From the IMG/VR virus record IMGVR_UViG_3300025575_000001, positions 1-64,000 of that record: 64,000 nt of DNA; one strand, 5' to 3'. Of the stretch, positions 1-10,864 are shown in pieces. Position 1 is the first letter of the stretch; every line of letters begins with the position of its first letter. The notes under the pieces are model-generated. The model worked only from the letters and a program-made list of their open reading frames with translations, was not told the origin of the DNA and made no database searches. A program made the translations under genes and the position numbers. This DNA is from a virus. Its lineage: Duplodnaviria; Caudoviricetes.

Positions 1-58
1 TCAAACCTTTCCAATGCTGGAATCCTACCATTTGGTATTTACCCAATTTACCTGCCAT
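1..58 (-). CDS. Major capsid protein, N-terminus only (runs off window)
   Basis: ATG at 58 gives MAGKLGKYQMVGFQHWKGL, matching the recalled N-terminus of the crAss001-type major capsid protein; the position fits crAss gene order. Confidence 0.9.
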   Translation of the reverse strand, partial: MAGKLGKYQMVGFQHWKGL

Positions 59-94
59 AATTTATTGATTTAGAAATTTTATTTGTTTTGTTTA

Positions 95-1225
95 TTAAGC
101 GTCAATGTTCCATCCTTTTCCTATAAAGGATTCTGTATCTTCATCTACACCTGTAACAAATTTTAAATTACCATCAGCTCCTCTAGCAGTATTATTAAAG
201 GTATTCTCAAGTTCTTTCAAACTTTTACCCACTTCCTTCTTTACTTTACCTTTTACTAGAGCGTCTAGGTTTTTAAAACCATCAGTTAATGTGAAGATTA
301 ATCCCAGATTTTTAATGAATTCAGTTTTATTCTCAGATTCATATTTCTATAAAGCTGTAACCAATTCACCGTCTGAGTTTTTAAAGACAGGTTTACTTAT
401 ATTTTCATATATCTTTTGCCTAACTGTCTTATCAAGCTACAACTCACCAAAGAAATTCTTATCCTCTAAGATTGATTTCTTCAAATCATCTGCTTGTTTT
501 TTTCTTGTCTAAGTATTCTATTCTTCCTGTTCTTTGGCTTCATTAATCAGAGCATTATACTCTGTCTTAAAGTAGTCCTTGTTACTGCTCAGAGCCTCTT
601 TAGCATCTTCAACATCATTCCCAGCATTCATTGATTTTGTCACTTCACGCTAAGCCCTCTCTTTACTGAATCCCCTATTAAGGAAATCCTAATAAATCAA
701 TTGCTTTCTTAATGTTTCCCCTGCCTCTGATTCATCTGTAATCGTCTATTCACTAATAGAATCAAGATATTGCAAAGTACCTTCGTATTTGCGCACATCA
801 TCTTGTTCTACATTAGCATTCAAAGCATCATCTATTCGTTTCTACCTTTCATCAAATTTAGCCTAAATCTACTTCTCAGTAGCTTCAGCGAAATCTTCAG
901 GGGTTTGAATCTTAGATACAATATCATCATCAAGGTCAGGGAAGATACCTTCTTCTTTCAAGGCTTTGGCTATGGAAGAGTAGAAGTTTTTAGGAGAAGA
1001 ACTTACATCCTTGTTAGAATCAGTATCCCCCTTGTCCTCTTTATCTTCACCACCTACGCTCTCTGGTTTAGCATCAAACAATTGTTCAACGTCAACCTCA
1101 GTAGTTACTTCTTTTTCTTTTTCTTTACCCTCTTTGTCAGGTTGGGTATCCTCAATTCCTTCATCCTAAAACAGATCTTCAATCTCGTCTGCTTCAAGAA
1201 TGTTACTTAAATCCAGTTCTTCCAT
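95..1225 (-). CDS. Conserved crAss acidic protein upstream of MCP (putative scaffold), TAG=Gln, 376 aa
   Basis: One frame from ATG 1225 (MEELDLSNILEADEIEDLF) to TAA 95-97, interrupted only by TAG. Reading TAG as Q gives LRKQLIYQDFLNRGFSKERAQREV. Includes track ORF 869..1081. Confidence 0.85.
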
Positions 1226-1255
1226 TTTTTCTCCTTTAAATTTAAAACTTGAAAA

Positions 1256-1263
1256 CAAAGGTA
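1256..1263 (-). promoter_or_regulatory. Bacteroidota -7 promoter box (TACCTTTG) for scaffold/MCP
   Basis: TAnnTTTG consensus about 30 nt upstream of ATG 1225, with TTG about 20 nt further upstream. Confidence 0.65.
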
Positions 1264-1330
1264 AGTAAAAATTCAATCCCTAACAATACACTAAGGATTA
1301 AATTTATACTCATATAAATTTTTTATTTAT

Positions 1331-1765
1331 TTATACCTTCAAATAAAATGAATGATTCCTGTTTCCAGTCTTTTTTGATGCTAAATGAACCCATGTAACT
1401 CCAGTCTTTATATTCTTTTCAGCAATTAACTAATCAAATGAGATATGTAAATCCTTTAGAGCTAATAGAATCAAATTAAAAGACTCTTTAGTAGTCTTTC
1501 CTCTGATTCCCATATCAATAGCTGTTCCAGATAAATGTGCTGAAGTAGAAACCCCACCAACGGCTTTATTTAATTTAGGGCATCTATACCAAGAGGTTAT
1601 ATCAAACGGGATTCCTATCTTTGTTCTAATAGGCTACAATACTGTATCAGCAAACCAGTCAGCATCTTTTTCAATTAGTTTAGGCATTGAATTATCAATC
1701 TTCAATTGTATTGCTTTACTAGATCTGGTTGCTTCCTATGTAGTAAAATTATCGCTCAAATTCAT
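1331..1765 (-). CDS. Peptidase M15 (D-Ala-D-Ala carboxypeptidase family) endolysin, TAG=Gln, 144 aa; absent from ORF track
   Basis: SWYRCPKLNKAVGGVSTSAHLSGTAID and WVH Zn motifs. TAGs at 1736, 1634 and 1430; the last two give the family motifs LQPIR and FDQLI. Confidence 0.9.
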
Positions 1766-1769
1766 ATTC

Positions 1770-2219
1770 TTATGTTTTAAAAATACCTAATATTATTGAT
1801 ACTGCAGAAATTAATATAGCTATTGCGGCGGTTATAAATGTCCCCAGGTTTTTCATCCCCTCATCTTTCCCGGTTCCAGCGCTTCTACTTTCACTCAAAC
1901 TTTTCAAGTCCGTTGAAATGCGTTCCAAGTTCTTGTTATAATTTTCTGCAAAATTATCAAATCGTTTTTCAGCAGCTATTTCAGCTTTTAGAACAGCCTT
2001 TTCGCTGGCAGCCATAGCCACATTAACAGCTTTTTCCTGAGCATCAAGTGCTGATTTAACAGCCTCCTTTGATTCCTGTGAATTTTTATTTATAAGTTTC
2101 TCCAATGCTTCATATCTATCCTCAAATCTTTGGTCAGAAATATTGATGATTGATGTAAAAAACTCTTTTAATCCTACCTGTTCATTCTTGTTTGAATTTG
2201 ATTGTTCTGTTAATGCCAT
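1770..2219 (-). CDS. Coiled-coil protein with C-terminal TM helix, holin-like
   Basis: Track ORF 149 aa with hydrophobic C-terminus, adjacent to the endolysin. Confidence 0.5.
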   Translation of the reverse strand: MALTEQSNSNKNEQVGLKEFFTSIINISDQRFEDRYEALEKLINKNSQESKEAVKSALDAQEKAVNVAMAASEKAVLKAEIAAEKRFDNFAENYNKNLERISTDLKSLSESRSAGTGKDEGMKNLGTFITAAIAILISAVSIILGIFKT

Positions 2220-2265
2220 TGTTTTGTCCCCATTTTTATAAGTGTTTTAAAATTTTAAGATTAGT

Positions 2266-2946
2266 TTATTTGACGATCAATATGCCTAAAACTATCCCCG
2301 TACCCAATCCTATCCATCCTTTACTCTTGTTGAACCAATTGTTTTGTTTTGCTAATTGTTTCTTTAAGTCGTTATTTAAATCTTCTCTAACTTTCAATAG
2401 ATCTACTTTACTTTTAATTGTCTAATCCTTTATAATACTCTCTTTGTTACAAGAGTCCCAACCAGTACTATCGGCGGTTAATGCTAAATCTAATTCATTA
2501 ATTTCTTCATTCAAAGCATCATTCTCATCCTTTAGCCCTTTAACCTATTCTTGATAAGCTCCAACAATCTCTTTACAATCTGAACTTAAAGAGTCTCCAT
2601 GTTCTGCTAAAAGACTATCTACATTATTCTATAACTTCTAATTCTATTTATCTAACTTAGTTGCTTTAACTTCCCACTAATCTGCTCGCTTTTTAGCAGC
2701 ATCTACTTTGGCTTTCTCAGCTTTCTAAATGCTATCCTAAAAGATTATTAATTTTTTGTTATTTGCGTCTGTGATAGAGTCTCTAAGAGTTGCTGTAGCA
2801 TTCTATAATTCTGTCTAAAAGAGTATTTGTTGATTCTGTTTGTAATTATAATTACTACAAGTAACTAGAATTAATGCTAACAATCCACATATCCCAATAA
2901 CAATCCATTTCCAATATTTTTTTATAAACTCTATTGTTTTAATCAT
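2266..2946 (-). CDS. Membrane-anchored coiled-coil protein, spanin candidate, TAG=Gln, 226 aa; absent from ORF track
   Basis: ATG 2946 (MIKTIEFIKKYWKWIVIGICGLLALILVTCSN) in frame with TAA 2266; several TAGs; C-terminal GWIGLGTGIVLGILIVK. Confidence 0.7.
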
Positions 2947-3398
2947 TTTTTCAAGTTTAAATAAATAGATAAAACGATTGATAAATATGCTACAACCTCA
3001 ATCCACCAAGTGTGGTTTCGGTATTTTTTATAGTAAATTAATGCAATTAACAGTATCGTAGGTACGGCTACAAACCAGACATGAAAAATCATCCAAGCAA
3101 GAGCAACAGCAATACCCCCTTCTGCAAATGCTGAGTGGAAACCCTTGTCTGCTCCTGTTGCATCTGGAGCTGCCCCAACCGCACAAATCAATACCCCCGC
3201 TAGAAATAGTATACCATCTCCATTAGCTGCAAAAATAAGCGGAAAAGAATACCCCCATGTAGCAATAGTAAACATCCATCCGTCTATTTTCGTCAACCGA
3301 TAGTAGGAGTCTGAAATGCTTCTCTGTATTCCATATTTTATCAGTACATAAGCCAGATAAGAAATAAAGACTACAAGTGAAATTATTAAGGATATCAT
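2943..3398 (-). CDS. Multi-pass membrane protein
   Basis: 151 aa with several hydrophobic helices; TGA stop overlaps the next ATG. Confidence 0.7.
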   Translation of the reverse strand: MISLIISLVVFISYLAYVLIKYGIQRSISDSYYRLTKIDGWMFTIATWGYSFPLIFAANGDGILFLAGVLICAVGAAPDATGADKGFHSAFAEGGIAVALAWMIFHVWFVAVPTILLIALIYYKKYRNHTWWIEVVAYLSIVLSIYLNLKK

Positions 3399-3616
3399 AA
3401 CGTTTCTATTTCTATAGGTTCAGAACACAACTCCTCCAACTCTTCCACACTCAAAGTAAATGGCCAGTACCCACCATCAAAACTGATATTCTTCTCCTCC
3501 CTGATAACAATATCTTGCTCATCAGTTTGCAAAAGGTTACAAAGTACCGTCCCACCATCATATATTTTTACGATTTCAGCCTCGTTGAAACCATCTATAT
3601 CTATTGCTTTTATCAT
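3395..3616 (-). CDS. Small acidic hypothetical protein
   Basis: Track ORF, tightly packed with neighbours. Confidence 0.6.
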   Translation of the reverse strand: MIKAIDIDGFNEAEIVKIYDGGTVLCNLLQTDEQDIVIREEKNISFDGGYWPFTLSVEELEELCSEPIEIETL

Positions 3617-3617
3617 C

Positions 3618-6380
3618 TTATAGCTGTTTTTCGAGTTTAATACTAAATTTCATTCTGTCCGCTGTACCTGCTTTTGTACCATTTAACCTTACAATGTTGT
3701 CCGTATAGGTCTTTGGCTGGTCAATTGCGCCTGTGCTAATGTCTGCAATTGTCCCAGCTACTACGGTTTTACCCGTTAGCAGTGTAGCTTGTAGCGAGCC
3801 AGCAGCGTTAAGGAGTTGAGCCTGAAAAGCCGTTACACCAGTTTCACAGTCAGCAATCACATCCACAACTTTGTAACCCCACGGAATCACCACGTCGATA
3901 TTTGTTCCTGTTGCAAAATTGGTTGTCAGGTAGTCGGTTTCGATTGTGCGGGATTGGTCGCCGTAGGGGGTGTTTCGGGCGAAGCGGAGAGAAAGACCAC
4001 AACCAGATCCTGATGAAGCTAATACAGCATTAAGAGCCGCAATAGCCGCACTACCTCTCGATAGAGCATATCCGCGATATCCAGATACCACGTCATCAGT
4101 AGTAATAAACCCTGTATTCGAGCCAGCTTCTCTAAAAGTACCATCTGCCCCTCGTGATCCAGCAGCAATTGCGGAAAATCCACTCCTATTCGTGCCACCG
4201 ACATTTGAAGTTGTCCAATAAACAAGGCCGTCCTTTTTCATCTCGCCACCGGCAATAGAAGCACCTCCCAGATACGCAATAATCTGGTCGTATTCTGCCT
4301 TACTTTGTACATGCCATCCTTTCGGAGCTAACAATGCGCTTGCATATCGGTTATAATGCTTCCCGTAAATTGCACCCAGTAATGGGTCGTTATTATACAG
4401 GCAATAGGCTGCTGCGGCTTTTTGTGCTGCTAAGGTTTTGACGTTTACGCTGCCTGATGTGGCGGCGTAGGTGGCATCGTAAATTAGGGTTGAGGAGTCC
4501 CAGCCTGCTTCTTTGATTGAGATGTTGTCAATAGACCCCGAAAAATCAGACGAAGGCACAAGCCAAAGTGTTTTATTAGTGTCAGTCGGGGTTGCTTTAA
4601 AGACCGTAGTTGTATCCGTACTTATAGAGGGGGAGGTGGGACTGGAACCTCCAAGCCGTATCAGAAGAGAACCCGCTGTAACCCCAGTTGTCACAACGGT
4701 TATGCTATACCATTTTCCGAGTGTTAAAAGATTTGGATAATAGGAGGGGGAAGTGTTGCCACTAACTTTTGTAAATAGTCCACCTGATATAGACCATCCA
4801 GTACCTTTAGTCCACCCTCCAGTGTCACTTGAAAAATCTCTATCCGCTACAGCTGTTATTAATTCCGCATTCCCATCCGTAGTCGCTCCCGTCACATTAT
4901 TAACCACCGTCCCATCACTCGCCACAATATTTTCAGCATTTTGTGTCGTTATTTCATAACCGTTAATTACCACCGTTTCAGCGTCGGGGAAAACGGATTT
5001 AAGGAAGGCTGTTTCTTTAACGCTTTCGGCTTCGGAGCAGCGGTAAGGGTAGAGGGAAAGGTGGTAGAGGGTGCCGTCAAATTTATTGGCCGACAAATAC
5101 ACAATCTGTGAAAAGTTCATCGTATCACTTAAAGCGACTGTTACAATAGGTAATCCATTAACTTTAATAAGTCCTATTGCACCACCACCGTATTGAAATT
5201 CGATAGTGTTTTTTAATCCGCAATTTGCGGTATATGTCCCCGTAAGTAAGGCTATTGTTCCGTTGTGTAGAACTATAGTAGTTTCATTTATTATAAGGTA
5301 AGAGCCTGATCCAATAGCAATCCTGGCACTTCCTTTTATATTTGCTTTTAAAACTGCCCTTGCTGTCCATGAATCCGTCGCCAACTTTGTCAAAGCAGTC
5401 CCAAAAGTCAATACCCCCGTCTGTGTCTGACCTGCGACATACTTAATCCCTAAATTAGCCTTAGGGACAATAAAACCATCCAAAAACGGGTCAGTTGTTC
5501 CAGTAGCGTTTGTGGCATCGTTAGCATTAGGTGAAAAATCGTAAGCTTTTGTAACGAATTGATTTAGTCCAGAAGTACGGGCTTTGTACGCTCCTGAGGG
5601 TAAAAGGTATATTGAGGCGTTTTTAGCCTGTGATTCTGAATAAATGCGATCAATCAATTGCGCGTTAAGAGTACCACTGTCGGCAGTTACGCGTTTATTA
5701 AAGGCGATTGCGGGGTATTGGGCGGTTTGATCTGAAACAATAGAAGCATCCACTGCATTCAGATTTGTTATTAATGGAATATATGTATTTGTATATGTTG
5801 ATGGAGCAGAAAAAGTCCGATAAACAGAATCTCCCTTAACAACTGTTGGAGTTCCTGTTAGCCAAGTGCATACCCCATCCACTCCAAAAATATAAGACCT
5901 AGTAACGCCTTCTGTTGGTGCTGTTGATAAACTAGTTAAAGTACCTACAGAGGCACCAAGTACAACGAGATCAGCGGCACTCATTTGCTATAATTGTACT
6001 GCCTCTGTTGCTGCATCAGCAGTAGGTACTACCACATTTCCTGTAAATGTTGGATTGGCTAATGTAGCTTTTAAATCTAATTGTGTTTTAACAGCATTTT
6101 CACTTGGTACATTTGTTGTACTTGTCCCAACTGTTTGTGAAACAGTAAGGGCAGTTTGATATGGACCTCCGCTTACAAAAGTTGAGCCATTATAATAATT
6201 CCAATATCCATTATCTAATGTGATATAAGTATATGCATGATCTGGATTAGCTACAATTAATGCTGCTAAATTAGCATAAGTCCCTTTTGGACTTCCTGAT
6301 CCATATAATGTATTTAAATTTATTTCTTCAAAACTTCCACCCGATACTTCTCTTAATCCTTTTACATCTCCTGTTGCCAT
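3618..6380 (-). CDS. Fibre/receptor-binding-like protein with FISUMP (Fib_succ_major)-like domain, 920 aa via one TAG
   Basis: Track ORFs 5988..6380 and 3618..5984 are in frame, joined by TAG-CAA-ATG. YCLYNND..YGKHYN..APKGWHV..GTNRSGFSAIAAGSR..GLSLRF matches the FISUMP pattern; protein is Thr/Gly/Ser rich. Confidence 0.7.
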
Positions 6381-6442
6381 ATAAATATTTATTTAGTTAT
6401 TAAAAGGGGAAAGATTATTCTCTCCCCTAATTATTATATTGA

Positions 6443-7723
6443 TTACCAATTTGTTGCTAAAGTCCAACGTGCCCATTTTGCGACTCCGAGAACTCCACCC
6501 ACTGTACATATATAACCATAGTTTGCATCAAAGGATAACTGATTTAGAAATCCAGCACTAGTGTTCGTTGTAGGAGGGGCTGATAATATTAGATTTATAA
6601 TACTATATGCACTCAGTGCTGTTATATTCCCAGTATTATTACGTCCAATTAGAGTACCAGAAGGAACATCGAATGCACTATAAGTTGATGCTCCCGAACC
6701 AACAATAATTTGATTTCCGGTAGCAGTAAATATATTTTTTGGAATTGCATTAGTTGCAAGAGTTCCTTGTGCTGAGGTAGCTTTTCCATCTAATTGTGTT
6801 TGAATTGCAGAAGTTACTCCATTAACGTAGTTGAGTTCTGTTACAGTTGCCGTAATACCATCAAGAGCATTCAATTCAGCAGCTGTTGCATTAACTCCTA
6901 AACTAATTAAAGTTGGTAGTGTTTGGTCACCAGTATTAGAACCACTTAAAGTAGTAATTCCTAACTTACTTTTTATTGTTGCAAGTGTTTCATCACCACT
7001 GTTTGTTCCACTTAAGTTACCTAACTTCGTCAAGTCAGCAGCAAACACGAATTTGTGTGTGGTTGCATCATCAACTAAATCATCGGGTGTTAATGTAATA
7101 TTTGCTGATAAAGCTTTACCATTGATAGTTCTTGTTGTAAGTACAGCCCCATCAATATTAGTTTGTTGAATTGTAAAATCAGAATTAACATTACCTGAAC
7201 CTATTCTATCAACTACAACCATTACTAAATCACCAATTTCACTCACAACCCCCCTAATAGTACCCGCTTCAATTACCCTATATGTCCAACCTGCATTATA
7301 GGTTGTGAGTGCATTAAATGCAGCAATAGTAAGAGTTCCCCCTGTACCAATTGTGCCCTTGAACAACATTGCATCATTTGCAGCAAATAATCCATCTGCA
7401 TAAGTTTTAACAGCTTTTACTGAAGGGTACTTTACGTCACTTGCAGCATCAGTTGCTACACTAGTGGATTTGTTGTCCATATGTTCTGCACCTGAATAAT
7501 TGAGTAGACTAAATTTTGATATCCAAGCTAATCCACTCGGTGCAATATCATCAACGCTAAGAAAATAAGCACCTTCAGCACCCCCAGGAGAAGCCAATGG
7601 AACAATATCTCTTGCACCATTACTAGTCAATAAAGACCCTTGTGTCAAATTAATTGTTTTCTCAGAGAATTCAGTCCCAGCTAGTGAAACATTTTGTGTT
7701 AAAATTAAATCATATTGTGCCAT
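6443..7723 (-). CDS. Tail/head fibre protein
   Basis: 426 aa with fibre-type motifs (YPSVKAVKTYAD, SGTNSGD/SGSNTGD, ELNYVNGVTSAIQTQLDGK); lies between portal and MCP. Confidence 0.75.
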   Translation of the reverse strand: MAQYDLILTQNVSLAGTEFSEKTINLTQGSLLTSNGARDIVPLASPGGAEGAYFLSVDDIAPSGLAWISKFSLLNYSGAEHMDNKSTSVATDAASDVKYPSVKAVKTYADGLFAANDAMLFKGTIGTGGTLTIAAFNALTTYNAGWTYRVIEAGTIRGVVSEIGDLVMVVVDRIGSGNVNSDFTIQQTNIDGAVLTTRTINGKALSANITLTPDDLVDDATTHKFVFAADLTKLGNLSGTNSGDETLATIKSKLGITTLSGSNTGDQTLPTLISLGVNATAAELNALDGITATVTELNYVNGVTSAIQTQLDGKATSAQGTLATNAIPKNIFTATGNQIIVGSGASTYSAFDVPSGTLIGRNNTGNITALSAYSIINLILSAPPTTNTSAGFLNQLSFDANYGYICTVGGVLGVAKWARWTLATNW

Positions 7724-7758
7724 AATTTTTTATTTTTCATTTGTTTATTTGTTTTATT

Positions 7759-8049
7759 TTAATCCTTAAAGTACAATCTAAAAGGAATACTTATATTCTC
7801 TTTTGATTCTATTGCTAATTGAATTACTGTTAATAGATCTTGAGTGGATAATATTACTCCACAAAACAAACCACTATCTTCAGTTAAAGTCTTAATCTTG
7901 TTTTCAACAGACTCAACTAATTGTTTGTCTTCCTCATCTGCTTTAATCTTTAACTCTTCTGTTTCTTTTACTTTTTGTAATACAATTTCAAGTTCTATTT
8001 TAGCTTGTTCAATTGCATCCATTGCCAATTTTAATTTCTTTCGTGCCAT
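7759..8049 (-). CDS. Hypothetical protein (possible fibre chaperone)
   Basis: Track ORF 96 aa. Confidence 0.6.
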   Translation of the reverse strand: MARKKLKLAMDAIEQAKIELEIVLQKVKETEELKIKADEEDKQLVESVENKIKTLTEDSGLFCGVILSTQDLLTVIQLAIESKENISIPFRLYFKD

Positions 8050-8075
8050 TATTTTGTTGTTAATATATTTAAAAA

Positions 8076-8375
8076 TTATGTTCTACATATGATAAATTTT
8101 TTCCAAATTGCATTTGCTGCATCTCCAGATTCTACACATACATATAAGTAATCATCTGTTAGTGATATATTACTAATAACTCCAGCATCTCTACCAGTGA
8201 TTTTTTCACCCTCTGTCATTGTTACAATGGATAAATCCTATATAAAGATTTCTTCCCAACCATCTAAGCCAACAACCTACAATGTATATCTCCCATTCTT
8301 TAAAGTTAACCATAATACATTTATATTATCAGGAGGGGTCTATGATAAAACTATTTTGTCAAAAATCTTCGCCAT
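8076..8375 (-). CDS. Small virion/fibre-related protein, TAG=Gln, 99 aa; absent from ORF track
   Basis: ATG 8375 (MAKIFDKIVLSQTPPDNINVLWL) to TAA 8076 with 3 TAGs; starts just after the portal stop. Confidence 0.75.
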
Positions 8376-8376
8376 T

Positions 8377-10782
8377 TTATTTATTTATTGTTTTCTTTTG
8401 TATTTTCTTAATAGCCAAATCCTTCTCCTTTAATTGCACCTCATCATTGTGTACTTGTTTGTCATGTGCCATTTTGATGTCGAACTATCTGATTTTTTCA
8501 TATAGTGCATCCTTATCTTTCTAGGAGTATTCTTCAGGTTCTTGAATTCCATCATCAACTTCTTCTGTAGACTATGCACCCATGTGAGCAATTAGAAGTT
8601 TAGTTTCATTGTCTCTAATATTAGCATCTTCTTTCTATTGAAGTTCCTTCATCTTAAATTCATTCTACATTTGAAGTAACTATTGTTGACTCTATTGTTC
8701 GGCCTATTGTGCTTGTGCCTATCTTTCTTGAATGGACTTCTCATCCTTTTCAATAAGTCTTTGTTTCTCAGAGATAGAACTAGAACTATACAGTTTCATA
8801 ATTGTTGAGAATGAAAGTGTTTGATTCTATAGAGCGGCTTGAGCAAGTGTATCCATTTTAGCTTGTAACTATTGCATTCCATTACTATTATCTACTACCA
8901 ATCCATAGTCTGATTCAGCAAATTCATCTCCATCAATGTCCATCATTTTCATGGAACCATCTGATAAGATATATTGGAACTTCTTACTTCTTCCCTTTAG
9001 AGCAATCTTGGCTGTTTCTAAAAAGGATTCAAGAACTCTTTTCTTAACATCTTCATGAATTACAAACAACCATTCAGTTATATGCGAGGATTGCAGATTG
9101 GATCTTTCAACTCCCCCAACAGTTTCTCTATTACTAACCTATCCTTCTCTCTGTGGGGATATACCAGCAACCTCTCCCATTTCCATTTTAATGAATGCTA
9201 AAAGGTTTATTTGCTATTGAATGTAATTACCCGTTTCTGCATCAATCACTCCATTAGAGGCATTATTCATGGCTCCTGCAAGTTTTCCTGTAGCAGCACC
9301 TATATTCCCTTCTTTAAAACTATCCGTTACAGAGATGTGATTTACTTTCGCATAATACATCCACTTCTCAACATCCCATCCTTTAGGAACTTTGGCTAAG
9401 TCAAGGGAAACAATTTTACCCCAATTGGCCGCCATTGCTTTATTTAATCTATCATGTATAGCATCATATAAGTAGTTGAATGGTTTCATCATATCTACTA
9501 ATGAGAAAGGTCTAGCATCATTCAGATTATATATAGAACCCACAATACCAAAATGGCATCGAGATGGGTTACTTAATCTGTTGTATTGAATTATTCTAGG
9601 ACGCATATTTACATAGATGTCGTCACCTATCTTAGTACCTTCCCACGCTTCATTGATGTAGTAAATTGATTCCTCTTCACCCATATCCTTATTTAACTCA
9701 TAAGTCTCTGGATAGAAGGTAAATACCTCTGACCCATCTTGAGGATCATAGGATTTAACCTTTTTAATTTTTCTTTTAGACTTCCAATACATGCGTATAA
9801 CTCTCAAGTTACCTGCCAAATCGTATGGAAGTAATGAATTTGAGATGGAATCAGAGAATAGATTCATTGGATCAAAGTAGAATCCATTACTGGATAACTC
9901 TTCACCAACCATGTTATTGTTTACATACCCAAATCTTTCATCAATATTATCCATTGAATCTACTGCTGCCTAACCCACATGATCGGGCATCTTATCAATA
10001 TAATCAATATCCTTTTTAGTTAATACGTCATAGAATGTATCAATTACTCTACCAGGACTCCAATAGTCTTCTAGGAGAATAATATCAGCATCTTCAATTC
10101 TATTAGAATATCCAGATTTAAACACTCTGATTTTCAATGGATTAACCCTTTCAAGAGTGGGTTCACCTCCTATAATATCACATTGATAAATTTCTTCACC
10201 TGTAATCATACCATCCATGAATCCTTGATTGAATAAGAAGGGTATATTATATTCCTTCATGTAGTGATTCAATAGAGCATTCCCTCTGACTTCTCTCATA
10301 TCCTACCAGTCGTACATGAAATAGTCATTCATTTTAGCTAATGACTAATCATATTCTTCTTGTCCCTATGATTGATCTGAAACTAATTGCTATAAATTCT
10401 GTACAATCTATTTCTTTTTATTTTCTTCAATTTCAGAAATAGCATTAGGATTGGTCACAACAACTTTGAAATCAAATAATCGTTTTGATTCCTCACCCCT
10501 AAGTACATTCAGTTTTGAATTGATTATAGGGTAATGTTGAATTTTGTCTGGCACATAACCAGCTCTCACATTTTCTGGATTCAGAACTAATTCTAAATCA
10601 GACATATGTATCTTACCATTCAGTAAATCATAATTGATTTTCTTGTGGATGACAGTCTTTCTTACAAGACTGTAATTAAAGAATGTTTTTGAATCGGCCC
10701 ATTGGACACATTTTTTGCGCCATTCTTTATTCTTCTTGCTGAAGGGTAACTATTGTGGTGGAAAGTTTACTATACCAGACAT
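8377..10782 (-). CDS. Portal protein, TAG=Gln, 801 aa
   Basis: MSGIVNFPPQQLPFSKKNKEWRKKC..HKKINYDLLNG..QHYPIINSKLNVLRGEE matches the recalled crAss001-type portal. Track fragments 10408, 9970, 9214 and 8869 share one frame and each ends at TAG. Confidence 0.92.
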
Positions 10783-10804
10783 ACTATATTATTTTGAGTC
10801 TATG

Positions 10805-10812
10805 CAAAATTA
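10805..10812 (-). promoter_or_regulatory. Bacteroidota -7 promoter box (TAATTTTG) for portal
   Basis: TAnnTTTG about 22 nt upstream of the portal ATG, with TTG 20 nt further upstream. Confidence 0.6.
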
Positions 10813-10864
10813 GGTAAAAAATACAATATATGCAATACTATAAATTTTTTATTTATACACATGC

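Noticed and set aside
3940-4420. Diversity-generating retroelement targeting the FISUMP-like domain
   Set aside because: No template repeat or reverse transcriptase seen in this window; cannot exclude one elsewhere in the genome
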